The position numbers were made by a program, and so were the translations under genes. Of a stretch of 64,000 nucleotides of DNA, positions 26,034-35,253 are shown piece after piece. The DNA is taken from positions 8,923-72,922 of IMG/VR virus record IMGVR_UViG_3300021400_001778, one strand, 5' to 3'. Source of the stretch: a virus (lineage: Duplodnaviria > Heunggongvirae > Uroviricota > Caudoviricetes). The notes under the pieces are model-generated. The model had not been told where the DNA came from, made no database searches, and was given only the letters and a program-made list of their open reading frames with translations. The stretch's first letter is position 1. Every line of letters starts with the position of its first letter.

Positions 26034-28390
26034 TTATTTCTCCATATCACTAAATGTCTATCTACATTATTGCACAAAGTAATTTCATTCCTAATGGGAC
26101 ACCCGCCCATGCATTCATTTCTTCTTTTACAGTTTGGACATGAGTTTCTAAAAATATTTCTAAAGTTTTCAAAAACATTACTATCCCATGCGTTTTGAAT
26201 CGTATCATTAGAAATGTCATAAGCCCACTTCATATCCTGATTATCAAAGCTACAAGGTAACGCTTTCATATCAGAAGTAATATACATACTCCATCTTCCG
26301 CCCTCGCAAGTATCAAAGCTATCTGGATTTACTTTTGTAGTGTAATTAATAAGCGCGGGAACTGTGCAACTATCAAATCCAATCTTAAAATTGTGGTCTA
26401 CATTTTCGATAGCTTCAAAAAATCTCTTTACTCGCGGGTCATCTGTGTGTAATACTTTTTCCTGTGTACCTAATCCAACTGGCTTATAAAGCAGAAAAAT
26501 TACAGCGTTGATACCTTTCGGAAAATCATTATTCTCAATTCTTGTAATAGCTTCATCAATGGAATTATTACTAAGAACGTAATGAATATTTGTTTTAACT
26601 CCCGCATTTAGTAGTAAATTTACCGCTCTCTTTGTGTATGGTGCATGATGCTCGGATACAGCCACCGCTCCACAATATTTTTTACATAATTCAGCCTTTT
26701 CTTTTGTCATCATTATTCCACTTGTAGTAAAATTTGGAACAATATTGTATTTTTTACAAATTTTAAGTAAATCTTCAAAATTTTCATGGGTATCAACGTC
26801 ACCCGCCCCACCCATTGCGCAATTATGAGAAACAATAAAATGTGTTGTCACAAACAAGTGTTCTTTTGAATTTATATTTATATCAATAACTCTTCTTTTA
26901 CCGACATTTTTTATTGAATTTACAATGTATCCTTTTCTATGTCTCAAATAATTCTCATTATGTTCTACATTTATAATTGTATTTAAAAAATTGTCGTAAT
27001 CTATGTGTTCAGAAATTACTTTATAAATTTTTCTAATCTCTAATAAATTTGATATTATAATTCTATAGCGTTTCTTTCTATTTATAATCCTTTTATCATT
27101 TTTTGAAAATTCGAATTGTCCGCCATTTTCTGTATTTACGGAATAATCAACATTTATTTTTGATAAAAGCATTGTTAAATCTTTGAACAATTTTTCGCTT
27201 GAAGTATTAAAAATAATTTCGCCATAATTACCATCATGTGTTTTAATATCTATATTGCCATCGCAAAAATAACCTTCAAGAAAATACAAAATCATTTCAT
27301 CGCTTACGCTATATATGAAAATCGGTAACTGTTTTTCTCGATTAGGAGTTCTACATCCAAAAATATTGTCAAATAATTCTTCATGGAGCATGTTACTACT
27401 TAATTCAATTATACAAGCACCTTGCGAATATCTTGTTGTATATGAGAAATCATCAAAACAATTCTGTAGACATTTTTTTATTGAATCAATCATTTTTGTT
27501 TGTTTTTCATTTACAACATATCTCCTTCGCGAACCATTACCAATATAATGACCAAGTAATATCATAAAATCTTTCGTTATTGGATATATCGTTTTAAGCC
27601 TATAGGGAGAACGAGCTTTTGATATTTTTGCGTCTCTATAATTTATTTCCTCTAAATGATTTTTAATTTTTGATATTAATACAGTTTTATTCCTATTCCT
27701 TTTAATGTTATATTTATTGCATACTTCCATTAAACCTTCACAGTCTGATAAGAAAAAATAATCGTCTAATCCGCGGGAAATAATTAATTTAACAACATCA
27801 ACTTCATTGATTGATTGTATATTCTTTTTGTTTTTAGCAGTTACGAATTCGTCCCCTACTTTTAATTCTTCAACAGTTTTTAGACCATCCACTGTAAGAA
27901 ATTTATGTTCTTTTGTTGCTTTAATTGTTTTGCCGTATCCGATATTTATTTCATATACATCGTCATATTTTTCGCGTTTTTCATATACATCGTGAAAACC
28001 GTCTCCGCAATAAATATTATCTCCGACTCTAATATTTTTAATGTATACACTACTTATATAGTTACCAGATTTGCGTAAAACAACTTCATCTTCGTGTAAA
28101 CATTGAAACATTTTACCAGACGATTCTTTCATTATTTTTTCGAAGTTTTCGACGCTCATATTTTTGCCTTTGCGCTCTATTGCTTTTTGATAACAATCAA
28201 CATTACAATATTTTGCACAAACACACGTTTCCATAACCCCAACGTCAATAAGTTCTGGAAATGAAGACATAAATGGGTCTACGCCAGTATCAACACCATT
28301 CTCAATAATCCCTGTTCTCGCGTAAAATCCAGTTTCCGTATTAAAGGTTGAAATATATTTATATTTAGCATCGTGTTTAGTGATAATCAT
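26030..28390 (-). CDS. Radical-SAM/SPASM-like Fe-S enzyme (exteins ~359 aa) interrupted by a LAGLIDADG intein
   Basis: N-extein Cys cluster TCVCAKYCNVDC; C-terminal SPASM-like CPNCKRRNECMGGCPIRNEITLC (Cx2Cx5Cx3C); inserted 427-aa element begins CLHEDEVVL and ends FIVSHN followed by C. Confidence 0.55.
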   Translation of the reverse strand: MIITKHDAKYKYISTFNTETGFYARTGIIENGVDTGVDPFMSSFPELIDVGVMETCVCAKYCNVDCYQKAIERKGKNMSVENFEKIMKESSGKMFQCLHEDEVVLRKSGNYISSVYIKNIRVGDNIYCGDGFHDVYEKREKYDDVYEINIGYGKTIKATKEHKFLTVDGLKTVEELKVGDEFVTAKNKKNIQSINEVDVVKLIISRGLDDYFFLSDCEGLMEVCNKYNIKRNRNKTVLISKIKNHLEEINYRDAKISKARSPYRLKTIYPITKDFMILLGHYIGNGSRRRYVVNEKQTKMIDSIKKCLQNCFDDFSYTTRYSQGACIIELSSNMLHEELFDNIFGCRTPNREKQLPIFIYSVSDEMILYFLEGYFCDGNIDIKTHDGNYGEIIFNTSSEKLFKDLTMLLSKINVDYSVNTENGGQFEFSKNDKRIINRKKRYRIIISNLLEIRKIYKVISEHIDYDNFLNTIINVEHNENYLRHRKGYIVNSIKNVGKRRVIDININSKEHLFVTTHFIVSHNCAMGGAGDVDTHENFEDLLKICKKYNIVPNFTTSGIMMTKEKAELCKKYCGAVAVSEHHAPYTKRAVNLLLNAGVKTNIHYVLSNNSIDEAITRIENNDFPKGINAVIFLLYKPVGLGTQEKVLHTDDPRVKRFFEAIENVDHNFKIGFDSCTVPALINYTTKVNPDSFDTCEGGRWSMYITSDMKALPCSFDNQDMKWAYDISNDTIQNAWDSNVFENFRNIFRNSCPNCKRRNECMGGCPIRNEITLCNNVDRHLVIWRNK
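26822..28102 (-). mobile_element. Intein (~427 aa) with a LAGLIDADG homing-endonuclease domain inside the radical-SAM-like gene
   Basis: Intein block A CLHEDEVVL; LAGLIDADG-like MILLGHYIGNGS and LYFLEGYFCDGNI; terminal blocks ...KRRVIDININSKEHLFVTTHFIVSHN with +1 Cys. Confidence 0.6.
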
Positions 28391-28392
28391 AT

Positions 28393-29550
28393 TTAATATT
28401 TATAACCTCCCGTTTCACTACAAGATAAATATAGATGCTTTGCTGCTCTCTGTAATTCTAATAATTCTCTATATGTTTTAATAGGAACTTCGTTTGTGTG
28501 CGTAACAAAAATTGAAAAATCCCTGTTTGCATCGTTCCTAATTCGTGTTATTAATTCATCAAAATCTAATGTGCCGTATCTCAAACTTCCTTGGTGCGGG
28601 TTAGGAATGTTCGTTCTATCAACTCTGATATTACCTATATTCTCTTTTGCGCATTCTGTTTTAAATTCACCCGCGCCGTGTCTTGTCATGTATGTGCGAG
28701 TGACATAAATTGGTTCAACATAAAAATCGCCAGAGAAAGAGTTTTCAATTTCTACGATATTTTTCATTCCAGTATTACTCGGAGTTGTATGCACATTATC
28801 TTTATCGCTATTTAACAATAAACCTTGTCCATTCTCGAAAATAATAGAATCATAATTTCGTATCACTTCCGCGTCAGATTCAATTGTATTATCAATCATA
28901 AACATTAAGTCATCAATAAAGTGGAATCGTATTTTATAATCCTCGATTAATGGCTTCCAATAATAATAAATTTCGTCTGTTATTGCTCCACTTGTACGGT
29001 ATTTACTAAGTGTATGTCTAAATAGATACGCGCGGATTTCAATTTCTTTCATTGTTTCATATAAGTCGGCTTTCTTAAAATCGCCATATCTCCAACAATA
29101 ATTATTATTATCGTATAATTTAACCGTTTCCCATATTCCTAACCCACAACTGCCATGTTTAGTTTTACGGCTTTGCTCCAACATCTGATTCAAAAAAGAT
29201 TCATAAAACGTAGATATTCTACAATTTTTGTCAATATAGACTTTTGGTTTATAACCTAATTTGACAAGTTCTTCAAATTCTTTTCTAAATACAATCGGAT
29301 TAAGTATAAAATATTCAGATAAATATGTATCTGCTCTTCTAAATGTTCCGCTACCGAAATGGCTAAAAGCGTGTCGCGTACCGTCTTCCAAAACAACAGT
29401 ATGGGAACGTTGCGCTCCTCCGTTGTTACAAATTACGAGACAATTACCGTATGTATTCATCGCTTCATCAGCAAGAGCATCTGTGGCAAGTCCCTTACCT
29501 TCGTCACCATAATTAGCACCAATAACAGATTTTGCGTCAATCGTTCCCAT
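28393..29550 (-). CDS. Adenylosuccinate synthetase (PurA) family protein; a PurZ-type 2-aminopurine pathway enzyme is possible
   Basis: GANYGDEGKGL (compare GTQWGDEGKGK), GGAQRSHT (compare GGHNAGHT), FENGQGLLL (compare FEGAQGTLLD), TRHGAGEF (compare TRVGAGPF). Confidence 0.75.
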   Translation of the reverse strand: MGTIDAKSVIGANYGDEGKGLATDALADEAMNTYGNCLVICNNGGAQRSHTVVLEDGTRHAFSHFGSGTFRRADTYLSEYFILNPIVFRKEFEELVKLGYKPKVYIDKNCRISTFYESFLNQMLEQSRKTKHGSCGLGIWETVKLYDNNNYCWRYGDFKKADLYETMKEIEIRAYLFRHTLSKYRTSGAITDEIYYYWKPLIEDYKIRFHFIDDLMFMIDNTIESDAEVIRNYDSIIFENGQGLLLNSDKDNVHTTPSNTGMKNIVEIENSFSGDFYVEPIYVTRTYMTRHGAGEFKTECAKENIGNIRVDRTNIPNPHQGSLRYGTLDFDELITRIRNDANRDFSIFVTHTNEVPIKTYRELLELQRAAKHLYLSCSETGGYKY

Positions 29551-29570
29551 TTAACAAACTCCTTTTATAT

Positions 29571-30455
29571 TTACCAAGAAATACCGTCTGTTGCTGTAGT
29601 ATTACCCGTTGCGATTACTATGCCGTCATTGTTATTATTATTTGTCGCGGAGATAATAATTTCTGTAATTATATCCGCCACATTGTTGAGATTTGCTTCA
29701 TAATAATTATTTTTACCGATAACATCTTTAAAGGACTTCGGAATATCATCGTATGAATAATAACTATGTGTCACATTAATGTGATAGATGTCAAATTTAT
29801 CAGACGCAAGTTTAAATAAATTCTTTGTATCAACATCGGACTGTAAATTATCGCCAACAAATTCTTTAATTTTATCTTTTTGCAAATAAGGATTAAGTGT
29901 TTCATCGCCAAGTGTAATAATAATTCCCTTCTTGCCGCGTTTCCAACAATCGAGTTTTGTATGGTATAATCCCATATACCAAGCGGCTGTATATGACTCG
30001 TAATTATTAGCACCGCCGCCGAACTCGAAATATACCTTGTCAAGATGTTCGGCAATTCTTACATCGGATTCAAACTGTGACATCTGAATTGGTGCGTGGT
30101 CGCAATACAAATCACCAATACCCATAATACAGAACTCAACATCGGTAATTTCATCATAGAGTTTTGTCATAATAACATTTAAACTCTTTGCGACTTCTAC
30201 TGCGGCACTTCCCATAGAACCAGTTACATCGAGCGCAAGAATCACTGGAATCGTATTCGGATGCTCTTCTGTGTCGCAACATTCGCGCATAATGTTTTTC
30301 GGGAACAAATCTGCGTGTATCTGTCGCTGTTTGTAAATAGCTTGATTCGATGATACGCCAGACCCAGTAAGTCTACCCAAACTATCAAGTGTTGCGCTTT
30401 TTGTCGCGGAACTATAACTTGCATAACTATCTCTACTCCAACTTCCAGAACCCAT
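29571..30455 (-). CDS. von Willebrand factor A (vWA) domain protein
   Basis: MIDAS-type motif VILALDVTGSMG. Confidence 0.6.
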   Translation of the reverse strand: MGSGSWSRDSYASYSSATKSATLDSLGRLTGSGVSSNQAIYKQRQIHADLFPKNIMRECCDTEEHPNTIPVILALDVTGSMGSAAVEVAKSLNVIMTKLYDEITDVEFCIMGIGDLYCDHAPIQMSQFESDVRIAEHLDKVYFEFGGGANNYESYTAAWYMGLYHTKLDCWKRGKKGIIITLGDETLNPYLQKDKIKEFVGDNLQSDVDTKNLFKLASDKFDIYHINVTHSYYSYDDIPKSFKDVIGKNNYYEANLNNVADIITEIIISATNNNNNDGIVIATGNTTATDGISW

Positions 30456-30474
30456 TACTCACAAACTCCTTTCT

Positions 30475-31113
30475 TTATTCGCCCAACAACGGCTCGGCTG
30501 TTTCAATATCTGCAAGACACAAATCAAAAGCATCATCTTCATCGGTGTCATCGTCAAAGTTAAACATATCACCAAAAGTTTTACCAAAGTCGCCGCCAAA
30601 CATCATCATTGGCATCATCATGGACATATTACCCATCATATTATTAGTGCCGTTATTATCGGTGTTCCCGCCGCTGAACATTTGCATCATAGCCATATAC
30701 TTAAAAATCTTGCCAACTTTACCTTTGACGTTATCGCCAAACATGGAAATGATTTTACCGTAGAAATATGTTTTACCCATGAATACATGGCGTTCTGGAA
30801 TGAGTGTCTTCACTTCTCCGCTCTCATAGTCGATAGCAGTAATCTGATTCTCGTCTGCTTTAATGACGCATTTAGGAGTACCACCGATAAGAACGATATC
30901 GCCCTTCTTTACTCTGTTTGTCGGGAAAACAAAGAAGAATTCCTCGCCAATGTTAAAAACGAAATTTGCCTGATTAACAAGTCTGCCAGTCTTGACATTA
31001 TATGTCTTATATCCGTTGCTTGTCTTTACGGCAATATCGCCGTTCATGGAAAGTCTGCACATTCCAGAGGCAAGTTTACCGTACATTTTGCCGAACATAT
31101 TATTAAAATCCAT
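30475..31113 (-). CDS. Hypothetical protein with a Met/Gly-rich low-complexity region and an acidic tail
   Basis: ORF only. Confidence 0.35.
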   Translation of the reverse strand: MDFNNMFGKMYGKLASGMCRLSMNGDIAVKTSNGYKTYNVKTGRLVNQANFVFNIGEEFFFVFPTNRVKKGDIVLIGGTPKCVIKADENQITAIDYESGEVKTLIPERHVFMGKTYFYGKIISMFGDNVKGKVGKIFKYMAMMQMFSGGNTDNNGTNNMMGNMSMMMPMMMFGGDFGKTFGDMFNFDDDTDEDDAFDLCLADIETAEPLLGE

Positions 31114-31218
31114 ACCTTATTACCTCCTTAAAAATAATATCCAATCGTGTATCCTACGACCAAAGCTATAAGCGAAATTAGCAACCACGCTACAGCAATT
31201 TCAGAATTGATGTATTTA

Positions 31219-31533
31219 TTAATTAAAGTATTCAATTTTACCACCCGTATTATGATTATTGATAATGTAATTCAAAGCATTTGAGTTTGTGTTGTCTATA
31301 CTTTGATTATCGAACAAACATGTATCCCATTTCTGACTAAGTTTAGCGCGGTACATGTAGGGCTTATAGCAAGCCCATACAGTACCATCATTAAACTCAA
31401 TAACACATTCATTAATAAGATTTTCGCGGCTAACAACAGTTATACCAGAGGAAGCCTTATCGTTTTCTACTGCGCGAATAATTGTTTCGCCAAGCGGAAA
31501 ATCAAATGTATAAATTAAGTTAAGACTCGCCAT
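31219..31533 (-). CDS. Hypothetical protein (104 aa)
   Basis: ORF only. Confidence 0.3.
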   Translation of the reverse strand: MASLNLIYTFDFPLGETIIRAVENDKASSGITVVSRENLINECVIEFNDGTVWACYKPYMYRAKLSQKWDTCLFDNQSIDNTNSNALNYIINNHNTGGKIEYFN

Positions 31534-32464
31534 TATCTTTATTCTGTGCCTCCGCTAATTCCTTAGCAACCTGTTCTGCAACCTTCTTTGCGTATTCTTC
31601 ATCGTTTCTTTCGTCCGCGATTACTGATTCAGCACCTTGAATAGTTACCCATCCATGTTGCAGTCTTGCCTCAGCCTCTTTCATACGAATAAGATTTTCG
31701 GTGATAGATTCTGAAATAACTCTATTTGCTTCCGCTTCCGCTTCTGCTTCGGTAACTTTAATTTCGGCTTCTTTCTTAGCTTGAATAAGTTCGGTTTCAG
31801 CCTTAACTTTAATTGCATCCTGTTCGGCTTTCGCTTGTGCCTTGGACTGCTGTGCCTGTACTCTTGCCTCAATAGTCTTTTTCAGATTTTCGTCTGGATG
31901 CGAGTTAATAATTGATGCATCAATAACTTCGATACCGTAAAAATCTCTCAATTCTTTATTAAGATAATCTGTAAGTTCATCATTAATCTGTTTACGATTA
32001 CCAGAATAAATGTCCATTAGCGAGTAATTAGTTGTAATCTCAGAAACTTTTGATTTCAAGACAGTACGGACGCGATTTTGCACAATATCGTTTCCATCCA
32101 TACCCTTAAACTTCTTATAAGTTTCAACAAGTTTCTCAGGAATAAATCTATAGGACATCTGAAAGTCGATGCTAATGCTTGCATCATCAGATGTGGCTAC
32201 CTTAAAAGATTCGTCCGTTTCTGAACCCTCGCGGCTGTCCTTTGTTAAGACAAGCTGTTCATTTGAAATTGTAAACTCCTTAACCCTAATGGTTGGAGAT
32301 ACGAGATGCCATCCCTGACCAAGTGTTTCATCCTTTACACCGCCAGAAACAGAATACTGAACACCTTCATATCCAACAGGAATCTTTTCGATACAACTAA
32401 TACCGCCAACAAGTAAAACAACAATCACTAATGCCGTAACAATACTACCAATAAATCCTTTCAT
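31520..32464 (-). CDS. SPFH/band-7 (prohibitin/HflC-like) membrane protein
   Basis: N-terminal transmembrane helix followed by an SPFH-like core and a long AEAEAE/KAQAKA coiled-coil tail. Confidence 0.6.
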   Translation of the reverse strand: MKGFIGSIVTALVIVVLLVGGISCIEKIPVGYEGVQYSVSGGVKDETLGQGWHLVSPTIRVKEFTISNEQLVLTKDSREGSETDESFKVATSDDASISIDFQMSYRFIPEKLVETYKKFKGMDGNDIVQNRVRTVLKSKVSEITTNYSLMDIYSGNRKQINDELTDYLNKELRDFYGIEVIDASIINSHPDENLKKTIEARVQAQQSKAQAKAEQDAIKVKAETELIQAKKEAEIKVTEAEAEAEANRVISESITENLIRMKEAEARLQHGWVTIQGAESVIADERNDEEYAKKVAEQVAKELAEAQNKDNGES

Positions 32465-32479
32465 TCTTACATTCTCCTT

Positions 32480-32710
32480 TTATTTTAAATATTTGTTCAT
32501 GTATATTTCAAACTGCTCTTTAGCAGATTCGAAATCAATATCGTCTTTAATAATTGGTTCTGGCTCTTTTTCATCTTCATCGTGCATAATTCTATTTAAT
32601 CCATTCGCTCTTTTTATTACAGAACCGCCGATGAATTGAAAAATTCTTCTTAGGATATACCAGACGAGCGCGGCAATTATAATTATTGCAAACCAAAATA
32701 CCCAATTCAT
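32480..32710 (-). CDS. Small membrane protein (76 aa)
   Basis: N-terminal hydrophobic helix; start coupled to the HD gene stop. Confidence 0.35.
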   Translation of the reverse strand: MNWVFWFAIIIIAALVWYILRRIFQFIGGSVIKRANGLNRIMHDEDEKEPEPIIKDDIDFESAKEQFEIYMNKYLK

Positions 32711-32711
32711 A

Positions 32712-33380
32712 TCATTTTACCTCTAATAAATGTGTAGCTTCCATATCAGCTTCATGTAAAGCTAACGCAAGCGGGAATTTCTCGAAAGCATTTCCTAACG
32801 AATTCCAGATATTTTGACTTTCATACGCGCCCATATGGAATCTGATTGCTACAGCTTCTTCGTCCGTAAGCGTGATATATTTATTTACAAGATATACGCT
32901 CTTATCGCCATGCCCGAACGGGAATTGTTCATCAGGTTTGTAATACGGTACTGTTTCCCATATAAAGTTACCGTTACTGTCTGACTTAATTTGCCAACGT
33001 GCGGCGGCGTTCACCTTATCTTCATCGTATGTTTTCTGGTTTCTATAATCCACTTTATAGAAATTTGCTTTACATACATCATGGAGTAAGGCGGCGAGAG
33101 CAAGTGATTCATCTGGCGTATCTCTCAAATATTTACTCCATAACTCATTCTTTTTCTTTTTCAAGATACAAGTGTAAACATTCAAGCTGTGAGCGACAAG
33201 TCCGCCCTCGTAATCACAGTGGAATCTTGATGACGCGGGTGCTGTGTAAAAATCAGTAGATTCAAGATACTTAATCAACTCTTCAATGCCATCGCGCTTA
33301 GTGTCTCGCAGAATCATATTAAATATTTCACTATTAGATAAATTTGATTCATTGAGAAGTGATTCATTGTTACCTTCCAT
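32712..33380 (-). CDS. HD-domain phosphohydrolase
   Basis: VAHSLNV...ALLHDVCK matches the H...HD metal-binding signature. Confidence 0.6.
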   Translation of the reverse strand: MEGNNESLLNESNLSNSEIFNMILRDTKRDGIEELIKYLESTDFYTAPASSRFHCDYEGGLVAHSLNVYTCILKKKKNELWSKYLRDTPDESLALAALLHDVCKANFYKVDYRNQKTYDEDKVNAAARWQIKSDSNGNFIWETVPYYKPDEQFPFGHGDKSVYLVNKYITLTDEEAVAIRFHMGAYESQNIWNSLGNAFEKFPLALALHEADMEATHLLEVK

Positions 33381-33525
33381 TAAATCCTCCTTTTAAAAAT
33401 AAATTCATAATCAAGCCAATAAATCAAATATACATCTGGACAAATGTATAATCGCGGCTTAATTCGCCATAGAAAGTTTTTGATTTGTTTCATCACTTTG
33501 TTGTATCACCTCCAATCTACGGTCA

Positions 33526-33554
33526 ATTATACTACTTACGTTCCCCTTTGTCAA
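33526..33554 (-). promoter_or_regulatory. Sigma-70-type promoter TTGACA-17-TATAAT on the minus strand driving the HD / SPFH / vWA / PurA-like operon; a 37-codon leader ORF with a GGAGGTG ribosome-binding site lies between the promoter and the HD gene
   Basis: Reverse complement reads TTGACAaaggggaacgtaagtagTATAAT, 29 of 30 positions identical to the promoter at 54484-54512. Confidence 0.5.
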
Positions 33555-33569
33555 GCGGAAATTTAACGA

Positions 33570-34181
33570 TTAATCCCAACCATATCTCTCTCCATCTGCT
33601 AAGAAACTTTTGTAGCCAGAAATATAACTATCATTATCTAAAGATTTCCACATATCCACAAATTGCGTAATGGTATCTTTATAATTGGAAAAATCATATT
33701 TAATAGTTATTTGTTCGCCAAAACAGTAACCCTTTATATCTTTATGGTGACCACGAATCTGTATGCCGCCCGCATGAACATCGCAAAAATCTATCCCTTT
33801 AAAATTAGGATACGATTTTAGATTTTTACCAATCTCCTTTTCTATATAGCGCAATTGTCCTTTATGCTTCTCTAATATTTCTATATTTACATATGGTTTC
33901 GCGAAAAACCCGCTGTATAATTTCTTTACATGTTTATCATATTTTGCCGCTTCTTGATAAGATTCAAATAATAATTCCCACGACACCATAGATGTCCACT
34001 CTGATAGAATCCATTCAATATTAAAAAATCGCACACCAACGAATATAGAATCACAATAACCATTACTTATGATACATGGTCGAATGCTATTATTATTAAT
34101 GCTGTAATGATAAAAAACTCGGTTCAAAAAATTCCGATTAAATTGCTCTTTTGTCGTACCTTTCTTCGGCGGATTAACCAA
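33570..34181 (-). CDS. Hypothetical protein (203 aa)
   Basis: ORF only. Confidence 0.35.
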   Translation of the reverse strand: MVNPPKKGTTKEQFNRNFLNRVFYHYSINNNSIRPCIISNGYCDSIFVGVRFFNIEWILSEWTSMVSWELLFESYQEAAKYDKHVKKLYSGFFAKPYVNIEILEKHKGQLRYIEKEIGKNLKSYPNFKGIDFCDVHAGGIQIRGHHKDIKGYCFGEQITIKYDFSNYKDTITQFVDMWKSLDNDSYISGYKSFLADGERYGWD

Positions 34182-34244
34182 TATTATACCTCGCTATTTA
34201 CTTTCTTTGTGCATATTGCATAAAATATTTATGGCTATTTTATT

Positions 34245-34811
34245 TTATTTTATTTCATTAATAAGTACATTATAATATTTTGATTTTTCGCCACTATTTA
34301 CATATATTTCGAAGAAGTTTTCGCGTGAAAGTTCTTCTACAGTATTATCATCATCACCAACGACAATCACGCTAATACTGTTCTCTTTTACTCCAACAAT
34401 GAGCGCCCTTACGCCAGTAATAGGCTTTTGCCAAATTTCGCCAACTTTCGGATTAGTATCAAATTCATTAATTAGTTTTATAATTTCTCTATATTTAAAA
34501 AAATTAACAACTTTATAAAGTGTATCTACACCGAATATGACATCTAACTGGCGGGTTGATAAAGACACGAGACGCTTCATAATGCTTTCGAAAGTTTCAA
34601 TTCGCGCAAGGCTTTCTGCAACTTCATAATCTTCTATTATGTCATCATTCGGAATACTTAAAATAACACCACCATCATCCCAAACAGGAATCACACTACT
34701 ATCATCCCATATTTCCACATCGTCTGATGCAATAGTTGTTCTCCCCGCTTTTGCTGACGGCATATTTTCGTCATTTTCGTACATGTACATTGGAATATAA
34801 ACTTTTTTCAT
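34245..34811 (-). CDS. Hypothetical protein with a PKVGEIW-motif domain (paralog of 42889-43266 and 44614-45123)
   Basis: Shared segment NPKVGEIWQKPITGVRALIVGVKEN. Confidence 0.4.
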   Translation of the reverse strand: MKKVYIPMYMYENDENMPSAKAGRTTIASDDVEIWDDSSVIPVWDDGGVILSIPNDDIIEDYEVAESLARIETFESIMKRLVSLSTRQLDVIFGVDTLYKVVNFFKYREIIKLINEFDTNPKVGEIWQKPITGVRALIVGVKENSISVIVVGDDDNTVEELSRENFFEIYVNSGEKSKYYNVLINEIK

Positions 34812-35253
34812 AACTCTCCTTTTTTCGATAACTAATATTATGTTATTGATTAAAAAATTATTGATTATTAATCATCAATTGTCATCGTCGCGAGTATAAA
34901 GCGAAACAGTAACTTCAACATCTTTTTCGAAATTTGAAAAAATTGTACTCAACAATGACGATAAATCTTCTTCTGCGGCGTAAGCCTTTAATTCATTATA
35001 ATTGTTCTTTTGCTTGATTTTTAAAACATATTTTGTGAGTTTGATATCATCAAATCCGCTCATTATTATTCTCCTTCTTCATTATAGTTATTATTATACG
35101 TTGACAAATATGTATATCCGCCACATCCCGCAGTATCCAACGCTCTCACCCACTTTTCGTGATAGTCGCAAAACCCATAACCATCATCATCGTACTGGTC
35201 GAAATATAAACAACCTTCACAACCTTTGCCTTCTCCCACGCTCTAATACCCCC

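Noticed and set aside
26030-28390. The 786-aa protein as one contiguous multi-domain enzyme
   Set aside because: Canonical intein termini (Cys1 ... SHN followed by Cys+1) and LAGLIDADG blocks show that the central 427 aa is a self-splicing insertion.
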